Below, in pieces: positions 20,401 to 31,271 of a stretch of 64,000 bases of DNA. A program made the translations under genes and the position numbers. The stretch covers positions 74,712 through 138,711 of the forward strand of contig JANPLN010000002.1 of assembly GCA_031426555.1 (NCBI GenBank), in the 5' to 3' direction. The first letter of the stretch is position 1. Every line of letters starts with the position of its first letter. The notes beneath the pieces were generated by a model. The model had not been told where the DNA came from. It did not search any database and saw nothing but the letters and a program-made list of their open reading frames with translations. Origin of the DNA: Bdellovibrionales bacterium. GTDB lineage: Bacteria > Bdellovibrionota > Bdellovibrionia > Bdellovibrionales > JAGQZY01.

Positions 20401-21254
20401 CGGTATTTTGCCTCCGGAAAGTAGAAGCTGAGACCAAAACTGATAAATAAATTATTTTGGATATCGTCTGTTGTCGTAACTATATCTACAGCACGATCCA
20501 GCGTTGTTCTGACCTCAGGTTGCATAAAGTGCCAGCTCACATCCCAGCGAAACACCATCCACTTGGTGAGGGCAAAAACCTCACCCGTCGAAATCTTTAA
20601 TGTGATGGGGTCATTTAACGATTCTACGCGGACCGTGGTTGAGCTATCGCTCGCGCTTGATCCTGTAGCCAACTGCGTTTGCCCCAAACCAATTGAAAAA
20701 TAGTGGTCAAAAGGAATGATTTTTTTATCAAAATACGAAAACTTTCCGTAAAGCGGGGTCCAGCGAAAATCCACGCCATAAAACAGCTCGGTGACCACCA
20801 TGCCGTTAACCACAACCCCTCGGTCTAATAAGTTTTTCGAGTTGCTGCTGTTATTGGCGCTAAACCACTTGGCAATAAACTCCACACCCATTTTTTCATT
20901 GAAATTGTAGGTGAGTCCGCCGCCAACGCCGTAGGCAGAAAAGTAAGCATCATTAATATTGGTCGCAGCGTTGATATTCGCTTCGAATCTTTCAGTTTTT
21001 GGTAAGTATTTTTTTTGAATAACAGCAATGTCTTCGAAGGGCTTGAGCTGGTTTAAGTTCTCAAGCTTAGTGACATTGATCTGAGGCGTTTCTTCCGCCT
21101 TAAAGGCTGCAGCTTTTGCATCCTCTTCAGATTTTTTTTCGTCTTTATTGCCATCTTCACCGTACAAATTCTCAATGCTATCGAGGTCGTCCGCGAAAGC
21201 AGGAGAAGCCAATACACACAGTGATAGAACTCCACAAAGGTAATATTTAATCAT
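20397..21254 (-). CDS. Outer-membrane beta-barrel, GltA/GltB-like (TIGR04565 type)
   Basis: IAVIQKKYLPKTERFE, WTPLYGKFS, FDHYFSIGLG, GLSFYFP. Confidence 0.82.
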   Translation of the reverse strand: MIKYYLCGVLSLCVLASPAFADDLDSIENLYGEDGNKDEKKSEEDAKAAAFKAEETPQINVTKLENLNQLKPFEDIAVIQKKYLPKTERFEANINAATNINDAYFSAYGVGGGLTYNFNEKMGVEFIAKWFSANNSSNSKNLLDRGVVVNGMVVTELFYGVDFRWTPLYGKFSYFDKKIIPFDHYFSIGLGQTQLATGSSASDSSTTVRVESLNDPITLKISTGEVFALTKWMVFRWDVSWHFMQPEVRTTLDRAVDIVTTTDDIQNNLFISFGLSFYFPEAKYR

Positions 21255-21374
21255 AGATGAATCCCTAAACTTGCTAACTTTTCATGACACTGCTTTAGAC
21301 AGGATAAGAAATTATTGAGAGAACTTGTAGACTTAAGAAGGAAACTGGACCTTTGAAGGAGGCCGAGGGGTCTT

Positions 21375-22112
21375 CTAGAGTAAGAAGACCAGACCTAACA
21401 TCACACTGGGACTGATATTAAATTGACTATCAAAGATCTCTGGATCTGCGTCGGAGGTTAAATTCACGGTGTCTGATTGGCGACTGAGAACGTCGAGTCC
21501 GTTGTACATAAGAAACTTTAAATCCAATCGAAGTCCCATTCGCGGCGTGAAAAACAAGTTTTGTCCCACCCCGATGTTTGCAATCCATGTGGATTTTCCG
21601 CCAAGATCGGTCATTCCCGCCCCTCCATAAATATAGAGGGCCAAATTCATCACGAAATCTTTGGTGATGCTAATTTTTCCATAATAAGGAGTCATTTGGT
21701 AATCGAGAGTCACTAAATACTCGGGCACTGGCACAACACCAAAATTAATCTTTTGCGAGGGGATTAGGGACCCGTCCAACTGATCTGCATCACTCGATGT
21801 ATTTGCATCGCGCATAAAAGCGTTAATGGCAAAACTGTGGAACTCATTAAAATGATAGCCCGCATGCACACCATAGGCCCACGGCGAAAAAAACGGTTCG
21901 TTAAAAATTTGCCCCACCATGGGACCTACTTCAAACTTTTGCTTCGTAACGACACGGCGAGCTTTTACGGCCACGGTTCCTTCGGGAAAAACCGGTAGCA
22001 CTGACTCTTTCGCCAACTCTTCCTGAGGTAAATCGATGGTGACTGCGAACGCCAAAGAAGACAGCATCGAAGAAAATATCGCTGTTGTGCATACCCGAAC
22101 CAAAAATCTCAC
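21375..22112 (-). CDS. Outer-membrane beta-barrel, GltA/GltB-like
   Basis: AVKARRVVTKQKFE, TPYYGKISI, C-terminal barrel strand. Confidence 0.8.
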   Translation of the reverse strand: MRFLVRVCTTAIFSSMLSSLAFAVTIDLPQEELAKESVLPVFPEGTVAVKARRVVTKQKFEVGPMVGQIFNEPFFSPWAYGVHAGYHFNEFHSFAINAFMRDANTSSDADQLDGSLIPSQKINFGVVPVPEYLVTLDYQMTPYYGKISITKDFVMNLALYIYGGAGMTDLGGKSTWIANIGVGQNLFFTPRMGLRLDLKFLMYNGLDVLSRQSDTVNLTSDADPEIFDSQFNISPSVMLGLVFLL

Positions 22113-22113
22113 A

Positions 22114-22632
22114 CTATTCTCCTTTTCGAGAGTAATAACCGTACTTCAATATTAAATCACACAACTCGCGAAGGGCGCCGTCGCCTTCTTTCGCTTTTGT
22201 TTTATAGTGACAAACTTTTTTGACTTGCGCCATTCCACCGGGAACGGTCACGGCCAATCCCACTTGCTCCAGCACAGGAATATCAAAAATATCATCGCCT
22301 ATGTAACAGATCTCCTCGTTAGTATAGCCACTGAGTTTTTTAATTTCATCAAAGGCTGGACCTTTGTCTGTTTGTTTTTGATATAAATAATGAAATTTAA
22401 GATGTTCGGCGCGCTTTTTGACCTCGGTCGAGGCTGCACCAGTGATAATGCCCGTTTTGTAACCAGCATCGATGAGAAAATGAATACCCGCTCCATCGCG
22501 AACGGAATACGAGCGACGCCACTCTCCGTCGCCTCCCATAAAAATCTTGGCGTCGGTCATGACACCGTCCACATCGGTGAGTAACATTTTGATCTTTTTA
22601 AGACGTTTAATAATTTTTTGATCAACAGACAT
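22114..22632 (-). CDS. kdsC: KDO 8-phosphate phosphatase
   Basis: DVDGVMTD, YIGDDIFDIP, GALRELCDLIL. Confidence 0.93.
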   Translation of the reverse strand: MSVDQKIIKRLKKIKMLLTDVDGVMTDAKIFMGGDGEWRRSYSVRDGAGIHFLIDAGYKTGIITGAASTEVKKRAEHLKFHYLYQKQTDKGPAFDEIKKLSGYTNEEICYIGDDIFDIPVLEQVGLAVTVPGGMAQVKKVCHYKTKAKEGDGALRELCDLILKYGYYSRKGE

Positions 22633-22683
22633 AAAGTCAGTTTGTGAGAATTTATAAACGAAGTCAAATGCCCGTCGGCGATC

Positions 22684-22708
22684 CGTCGTCCTGAGCGCAG
22701 CGAAGGAC

Positions 22709-22714
<6 letters not shown>
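22684..22714. repeat. REP-like repeat CGTCGTCCTGAGCGCAGCGAAGGACCTAGCG overlapping the kdsD stop
   Basis: Related to 6396-6452. Confidence 0.65.
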
Positions 22715-25344
<2,630 letters not shown>

Positions 25345-26097
25345 TTATTTAGCTTTTTTATCTAACAGTATTTTTTCAATTTTTTGCACATCGCTCGGGA
25401 TATCAACGCCCCAACAATCATGCTCCACTTTTACAATTTTAATATTACCGCGCAAATAAAGCGCGCGAAGTTGCTCGAGCCCTTCGGCCTCTTCGATGCC
25501 AATAGGCGTTTGTTCGCAAAATTTTTGCAAAAATGATTTGCGGTAGGCGTAAATACCAATGTGTTTTAAACAAGGAATGGTTTTAAATTCCGAAAACGGA
25601 CGGCGCGAAAATGGAATCGGCAAGCGACTAAAATAAAGCGCCCGTCCCTTTTGATCCATTACAACTTTTGCGACTTGCTGAGAATGCAGGGTTTCTTCGG
25701 TGAGTTCGTGCCCCAGGGTCCATGCTCCACAGTCGGCGTTTTCGGCCAACTCAGTTTCGCGCACTAAAGTATCGAGCACATCGCCGCGGATCAAAGGCTC
25801 ATCCCCTTGGATGTTAACAATAATGTCGTACGGTAAATCTTTGATTGCCGCCCACACACGGTCCGATCCGGACGGTAAATCCGAGGGAGTCATGCGCACT
25901 TCATAACCCAATTTTTGGGCCACGGAGGCAATCTCATCGTGATCTGTGGCAACGATGATTTTTTGGATTTTTTGACTTTGAGACACACCTTCAAGAACCC
26001 ACTGAAGCATGGGTTTATTGAGAATTGGCGCAAGCGGTTTACCCGGAAAACGGGTCGCGCCAAAGCGAACAGGAATAACACCAACGACGGAGTTCAA
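25345..26097 (-). CDS. kdsB: CMP-KDO synthetase
   Basis: RFGATRFPGKPL, NIQGDEP, ALYFSR, LEQLRAL. Confidence 0.95.
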   Translation of the reverse strand: MNSVVGVIPVRFGATRFPGKPLAPILNKPMLQWVLEGVSQSQKIQKIIVATDHDEIASVAQKLGYEVRMTPSDLPSGSDRVWAAIKDLPYDIIVNIQGDEPLIRGDVLDTLVRETELAENADCGAWTLGHELTEETLHSQQVAKVVMDQKGRALYFSRLPIPFSRRPFSEFKTIPCLKHIGIYAYRKSFLQKFCEQTPIGIEEAEGLEQLRALYLRGNIKIVKVEHDCWGVDIPSDVQKIEKILLDKKAK

Positions 26098-26145
26098 TTT
26101 TCACCTCGGCTGAAAGGAAATAACTAACACTTCCTTAACAATTTG

Positions 26146-26721
26146 TCATGTAAGAAGCCAATCAAATAGCACTTTCTCTAAGGGCACAAGGCCGTCGCCG
26201 GATAGGCTCGAATATGGAAGCACTAGGTCTAACTTAAGCTCCTGATTTATCTTCTTTTTCTTTGCCACGACGGCACTCTTTGAGATTTGATCAGATTTAC
26301 TTAAAATGAGTCCAAACTGTAAATTCTGTTTGTCCGCTAAATCCAAAAGCAACTGCTCATCTTCACTCCACTCGCGGCGAATATCCATCACCAGCAACAT
26401 CACTTTGAGGTTTTCCCGGCGAAGCAGGTACGACTCCACCATTTTTCGCCAGGTCATCACTTCGGTATTGGCTCTGGAGGCGTAGCCATATCCCGGCATA
26501 TCCACCACGCGGTAGCCCTCTTTGTGGTCGAACAGATTAAGAAGGGCGGTTTTCCCTGGAGTTTGGCTCACTTTGGCAATGGGCCGGCGGGAGCGCGCAA
26601 TACCATTGATCAACGACGATTTTCCGGCGTTGGAGCGCCCGGCGATGGCCACTTCCGGGCGGTGATCGCGAGGAAAGTCGGAAAGTCTTGCTGCACTCTT
26701 TAAAAACTCAAGATTGGACAT
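26146..26721 (-). CDS. engB: Ribosome biogenesis GTPase YihA/EngB
   Basis: GRSNAGKSSLIN, VSQTPGKT, DMPGYGY. Confidence 0.93.
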   Translation of the reverse strand: MSNLEFLKSAARLSDFPRDHRPEVAIAGRSNAGKSSLINGIARSRRPIAKVSQTPGKTALLNLFDHKEGYRVVDMPGYGYASRANTEVMTWRKMVESYLLRRENLKVMLLVMDIRREWSEDEQLLLDLADKQNLQFGLILSKSDQISKSAVVAKKKKINQELKLDLVLPYSSLSGDGLVPLEKVLFDWLLT

Positions 26722-26768
26722 GCGTAGTAGATACACTGAATCCCGCACTGAGTTCAACTGTTGAAATT

Positions 26769-26810
26769 TTCCGTCTGAGTTCTTCCGTCTCAGTTCCCCC
26801 GTCTGAGACT
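26769..26810. repeat. Three tandem 14-bp repeats (candidate upstream activator sites)
   Basis: TTCCGTCTGAGTTC / TTCCGTCTCAGTTC / CCCCGTCTGAGACT. Confidence 0.65.
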
Positions 26811-26877
26811 GAAATCCTACGATAAGGACGGCAATTCCGGAATTCTGCCTCTTAAAACCAACTCAAAAGCTCTCTGA

Positions 26878-26894
26878 TTGGTACAGCCTTTGTA
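26878..26894 (+). promoter_or_regulatory. Candidate sigma54 promoter with a non-canonical -12
   Basis: TTGGTAC-AGCCT-TTGTA (GG-N10-GT). Confidence 0.45.
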
Positions 26895-26935
26895 ATGAAA
26901 TTTTTGCTTTTATTGAATCAAACAAAGGAGAAACG

Positions 26936-28204
26936 ATGATTACTTGTAAACTTGAGGATCTGCAGGAGCCGGCACAAAAAGCGGCCTATTTAATTCCCCT
27001 GCACGACACCAAAAACTTGGTGGAGATTGGCGAATTCGTGTCGTTTGGCCGAAACTCCTCTAACACGGTGGTTCTGACAGATCCTTTTTCCTCACAAAAA
27101 CATGCGCGCATCGAAAAGAGAGGCGAGCAATTCATTCTCAAAGATCTACGCAGCAGTAACGGAACTTGGCTCAACGAAAACGCCATTCTCGAAGTCATAC
27201 TTAAGCCCAATGACAAAATTCGCATGGGCGAGACCCAATTCACATTTTCCTTTGTAAAAAATAAAGATGATAAGACCCTTTCCAGTAAAAATCCCGACTG
27301 GCAAAAACAACTTTCACGCTTACCTGCTTTTGCATCGTCAGATCACACCATTCTTATTGTCGGACCCACAGGAAGCGGTAAGGAAGTTATCGCGAAGGAA
27401 TCCCACAAGTTGTCGTTACGACGGTTTTTCCCTTACGTAACCATCAACTGCAGCGCCCTGAGCGAAAGTTTGGTGGAGAGCGAACTCTTTGGCCATGTGA
27501 AAGGAGCCTTTACCGGCGCCATGGAGGATCGCATGGGGGCCTTTGAGGCCGCCCGCGGAGGAACTTTGTTCTTAGATGAAATCGGCGATTTGCCCTTGTC
27601 TCTTCAGCCCAAGCTTTTAAGGGCTCTTGAAAATCAAGAAATTCGGCCAGTAGGGAGTGATAAAACCATCAAAACTAATGTTCGCATTATTGCAGCCACC
27701 CATAAAAATTTATACGAAAGAGTCGTAAAAAAGGAATTTCGCGAGGATCTTTATCATCGCTTAAATGTGTGCCGTATCTCACCCCCTTCCCTGATTGAAC
27801 GCATGGAAGACTTTGATGATTTGATTTACTATTTTGCCAAAGAAAAACGCGTCCGGTTTTCCTTCGCCGCCGTTGAAAAATTAAAAGACCATGTATGGCC
27901 CGGCAACATTCGCGAACTGCGAAATGCGGTGTCGCGCGCTTCGGCCTATCTTCCGGGACAACAGATTGAACCGCAGCATATTCATGAAATCATTGATCGC
28001 CCAGTGATGACTAACTTTATCCTCGAACATCTACCGCCACTGAAAGAGCTGGAAAAAGATTTAATCATCAAGCATCTCGAAAAGAACGAGGGAAACCAGC
28101 GGCGAGCGGCAGAGGACTTAAGCATGCCGAAAAGCACATTTCACGACAAACTGCGCGCCTACGCAATCAATCCCAAAAACTTCAAACGCCGTAGCCGTGT
28201 TTAG
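26936..28204 (+). CDS. FHA-domain sigma54-dependent transcriptional activator
   Basis: FHA (FGRN...SSQKHARI...DLRSSNGT), [31 protein letters not shown]-terminal HTH. Confidence 0.93.
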   Translation: MITCKLEDLQEPAQKAAYLIPLHDTKNLVEIGEFVSFGRNSSNTVVLTDPFSSQKHARIEKRGEQFILKDLRSSNGTWLNENAILEVILKPNDKIRMGETQFTFSFVKNKDDKTLSSKNPDWQKQLSRLPAFASSDHTILIVGPTGSGKEVIAKESHKLSLRRFFPYVTINCSALSESLVESELFGHVKGAFTGAMEDRMGAFEAARGGTLFLDEIGDLPLSLQPKLLRALENQEIRPVGSDKTIKTNVRIIAATHKNLYERVVKKEFREDLYHRLNVCRISPPSLIERMEDFDDLIYYFAKEKRVRFSFAAVEKLKDHVWPGNIRELRNAVSRASAYLPGQQIEPQHIHEIIDRPVMTNFILEHLPPLKELEKDLIIKHLEKNEGNQRRAAEDLSMPKSTFHDKLRAYAINPKNFKRRSRV

Positions 28205-28216
28205 AATGCTGGTAGT

Positions 28217-28939
28217 TTAGAATACGACGAGCTTGTAGCGGATGTTTTTTATCTTTGTAGTTAGCCGACTGTTGAGGGATGCCAAAATCACTTTGCGCAT
28301 CTCCTCTTTTCCTTCGACGCCTTTAAAATCTTCCACGCTGTATTGCTTCAGCACTCGACTCAGAATTTCGACAATCTCTTCATACCGATTTGAAAAATAG
28401 GGCTCATCTTCACGGCGCAGAAGCTCCATGTAAAAAGCCATTCGAGCGATTTTGACTTCGCCCTTCGGCTTGATAACGTAGATTTGCTCAGGGACTTCCA
28501 GAAAATATTGATCTGTTAAAAACAAATCCATTAAGTTTCTTTGCGGCAGTTTTGCATTTAGGATTATCGTTTCGTCAGCCCACATTTCAAGTGATGTCTG
28601 ATCGGCTATTAAAAATGCTGGCGTAAAAACTCCAAAAACGGAAAGCAGTAAGATTGGCAGGGCAACAAAGATCACAAAGCTTCCCATGTAAACAAGGAGC
28701 TGCTGGGTGCGAGTGAGCCCATACCAAAATTTATAAATCCACTTTTCAGCTTTCTCGGCGTCTTTTTTCTGTTCTTCTTCAGACAGCCCGATGTCCTGAT
28801 GATTCAGGTTATCGGCGCTGATGGACTTAAGTTGATCGACAAATTCTGGAGCTGCCTCTTGGAGGATATTATCAATTTCTTCCAGATCGGCTTCCGATAC
28901 CCGTTCGTCGTTTTCGTTTTCGTCTAAGATATCTGACAT
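28217..28939 (-). CDS. FliL-like single-pass membrane protein
   Basis: Acidic N-terminus, one TM, C-terminus DFKGVEGKEEMRKVILASLN...IKNIRY. Confidence 0.6.
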   Translation of the reverse strand: MSDILDENENDERVSEADLEEIDNILQEAAPEFVDQLKSISADNLNHQDIGLSEEEQKKDAEKAEKWIYKFWYGLTRTQQLLVYMGSFVIFVALPILLLSVFGVFTPAFLIADQTSLEMWADETIILNAKLPQRNLMDLFLTDQYFLEVPEQIYVIKPKGEVKIARMAFYMELLRREDEPYFSNRYEEIVEILSRVLKQYSVEDFKGVEGKEEMRKVILASLNSRLTTKIKNIRYKLVVF

Positions 28940-28997
28940 AGAAGTATTTCAACCTTAAATCATTGAATTGTAAAGACTTTCCCGCAGGCTAGAACGC

Positions 28998-29014
28998 CTG
29001 GAACACCAATTGCT
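28998..29014 (+). promoter_or_regulatory. Candidate sigma54 promoter for the tandem OMP genes
   Basis: CTGGAAC-ACCAA-TTGCT (GG-N10-GC). Confidence 0.65.
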
Positions 29015-29130
29015 TTTACCATCCTCAAAACAGTGAGTTTTTAATTTGTGCGATCGGGGCGTAACCTAAGGTGCAATTAAGGGCCGATTGTTAAAAATTT
29101 AAACAACCATTAAAAATGGAGAGGATTTAT

Positions 29131-29736
29131 ATGCTTAAACGAATAGTAACAATGCTAGCTGTGGCCACAGTGACCGTGACCGCTTTTGCGCAACAACAGG
29201 ATATGAATACGATTTCTACGCCTGTTCCTAATGTAGAGTCTGCTAAAGGGTTTCGCGTTGCTCTTATTAAACCTTTTTTGGATTACGAAGTGAAGCAGGA
29301 ATTTTTAGGCGTTAACGCTAGCTCAGAGGGTGATCTTGAAAAAGAAATCGGATTTTCTGTGGGTTATGCCTACTTGCCAGTGCAAAAATTGGGTTTCACT
29401 GGAAACTTAAGCTATATCAGTCTCGATGGTGACGATGCAGATAGCGACAAAGCAACTTTGCTAAGAATCGACGGTAACTTGGCTTATTCTGTAAATGAAA
29501 TGGTGAGCTTTAAAGGTGGACTGAACATCAGTAATTTTACTGATGACGAAATGGATGAATTGGATCCTAGCATCGGTTTACAGTTTGGTGCCGGAATCCA
29601 AATCACTAAAAACTTTGGTGTGGATGCTTCTTACGTAATTATGCAGCAGTACGCAAAACAAGATACTATTTTTGGAGAAAATGAAATTCGCGTTTTCGAA
29701 AAAGGTATCGAGGTTGCTTTGCACGCTACATTTTAA
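29131..29736 (+). CDS. Outer-membrane beta-barrel (OmpA/OmpW-like size), paralog 1
   Basis: Signal peptide, alternating beta strands, C-terminal Phe (ALHATF); RBS GGAGAGG. Confidence 0.85.
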   Translation: MLKRIVTMLAVATVTVTAFAQQQDMNTISTPVPNVESAKGFRVALIKPFLDYEVKQEFLGVNASSEGDLEKEIGFSVGYAYLPVQKLGFTGNLSYISLDGDDADSDKATLLRIDGNLAYSVNEMVSFKGGLNISNFTDDEMDELDPSIGLQFGAGIQITKNFGVDASYVIMQQYAKQDTIFGENEIRVFEKGIEVALHATF

Positions 29737-29744
29737 TTGAAATC

Positions 29745-29767
29745 AGGGTGCTAGCTTTTAGCACCCT
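29745..29767 (+). terminator. Intergenic stem-loop, repeated after paralog 2
   Basis: AGGGTGCTA-GCTTT-TAGCACCCT. Confidence 0.6.
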
Positions 29768-29798
29768 CTAATTACCATTAAAAATGGAGAGGATTTAT

Positions 29799-30431
29799 AT
29801 GCTTAAACAAATAGTAACATTGCTGGCCGTAACGGCTGTGGCTGTATCTGCTTTTGCACAAGAACAAACAACTCAGGAAGAAACGACGAGTGTTTCTACC
29901 CACTTCCCCGGCCCCACTTCGGCAAAGGGATTTCGGATTGCATTGGTAAAACCCTTTTTGGATTGGGATGTCGAAGCAAAGGCTGACGGTATAACATTCA
30001 AAAACGATGGTGAATTCGAAAAAGAAATGGGTGTTTCTTTGGGTTTTGCTTATTTGCCCATTCGCAGCGTTGGTTTTACGGTGAATGCGAGTTACCTTTC
30101 TTTTAACGCTGAAGATGATAGCGATAAGATTCACATGATTCGAGCTGATGGGAACGTAGGCTATGCGTTTAACGAAGTTATCAGTTTGAAAGGTGGTTTC
30201 AACGTTAGCGATATCACAAATAGTGAACTGAATGAATACAAACCTAGTTTTGGTTTACAGTTTGGTACTGGTATCCAAATTAACAAGAACTTTGGTTTCG
30301 ATATCTCTTACGTAGCTATGAGACAAACCAACAGGTCTTTAACCGACTACAATAACAAAGGTACTTTCAACGACCCTACTGTGAATATTTTCACAAGAGG
30401 ACTCGAGGTAGCTTTGCACGCTACTTTTTAA
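29799..30431 (+). CDS. Outer-membrane beta-barrel, paralog 2
   Basis: SAKGFRIALVKPFL, GLQFGTGIQINKNFG, ALHATF. Confidence 0.85.
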   Translation: MLKQIVTLLAVTAVAVSAFAQEQTTQEETTSVSTHFPGPTSAKGFRIALVKPFLDWDVEAKADGITFKNDGEFEKEMGVSLGFAYLPIRSVGFTVNASYLSFNAEDDSDKIHMIRADGNVGYAFNEVISLKGGFNVSDITNSELNEYKPSFGLQFGTGIQINKNFGFDISYVAMRQTNRSLTDYNNKGTFNDPTVNIFTRGLEVALHATF

Positions 30432-30440
30432 TTTAAAATC

Positions 30441-30463
30441 AGGGTGCTAGCATCTAGCACCCT
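30441..30463 (+). terminator. Intergenic stem-loop
   Basis: AGGGTGCTAG-CAT-CTAGCACCCT. Confidence 0.6.
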
Positions 30464-30478
30464 CACAAAGGAACTTTT

Positions 30479-31096
30479 ATGCTCAAATGGTTTACTTTGC
30501 TCACCGCTATCATGACCTTCTCGCAAATAACTTTTGCCGTGGAGAAAGATCGCGACGAGAAAACTCTTTCTACGGCAGTCCCAACGGTGACGTCTTCGAA
30601 AGGCTTTCGACTGGCGGTCATTAAACCATTTTTAAACATCGAAGCCGAAATAAAAACTCCTGGAGTCGTGCTGAATGGTGAACCTGAGTTAGACAACGAA
30701 ATAGGTCTGTCCGTTGGTTATGCCTATTTGCCAATCATGAAGTTGGGTTTCTCAGCAAATGCGAGCTTTTTGAATATGGATAACAAAGTGGGTGAAACAT
30801 CGCAGATGGTGCGTATTGATGGGAACCTCGCCTGTGCGCTCAATCACACCGTCAGCATCAAAGGCGGAGCAAACTTGAGCAATTTTACCGACAGTAACTT
30901 TGATGACATAAAACCAAGCATTGGATTTCAGTTTGGAGCAGGAATCCAAATCACCAAAAATTTTGGTTTTGATATTTCCTATGTGACTATGCAACAGAGC
31001 GCAGTTGATAAAAACTCCCTCCCTCCATCCATGGGAGATCTAGAACTGAGTCTTGTCCAGCAAGGACTTGAGCTAGGATTGCACACTACTTTTTAA
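30479..31096 (+). CDS. Outer-membrane beta-barrel, paralog 3
   Basis: SSKGFRLAVIKPFL, GFQFGAGIQITKNFG, GLHTTF. Confidence 0.85.
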   Translation: MLKWFTLLTAIMTFSQITFAVEKDRDEKTLSTAVPTVTSSKGFRLAVIKPFLNIEAEIKTPGVVLNGEPELDNEIGLSVGYAYLPIMKLGFSANASFLNMDNKVGETSQMVRIDGNLACALNHTVSIKGGANLSNFTDSNFDDIKPSIGFQFGAGIQITKNFGFDISYVTMQQSAVDKNSLPPSMGDLELSLVQQGLELGLHTTF

Positions 31097-31107
31097 AATG
31101 ACGAACC

Positions 31108-31260
31108 CACTTTTGGGACTTCCTGCGTTGAATTTTTTAAGTTCCATTTCAATATTACTTAAAAACGAGTTCCGCAGGCTTCCTGCCGAGGACTGTCCGA
31201 GGCTTTTAAGTGATATTGAAATAGAACTTAAAAAATTCAACGCAGGAAGTCCCAAAAGTG
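31108..31260. repeat. Long palindromic element, copy 2 (57-bp arms, 2 mismatches)
   Basis: 31108-31164 vs 31204-31260; loop is close to the reverse complement of the 10474-10518 loop. Confidence 0.92.
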
Positions 31261-31271
31261 TGTCCGTACCT

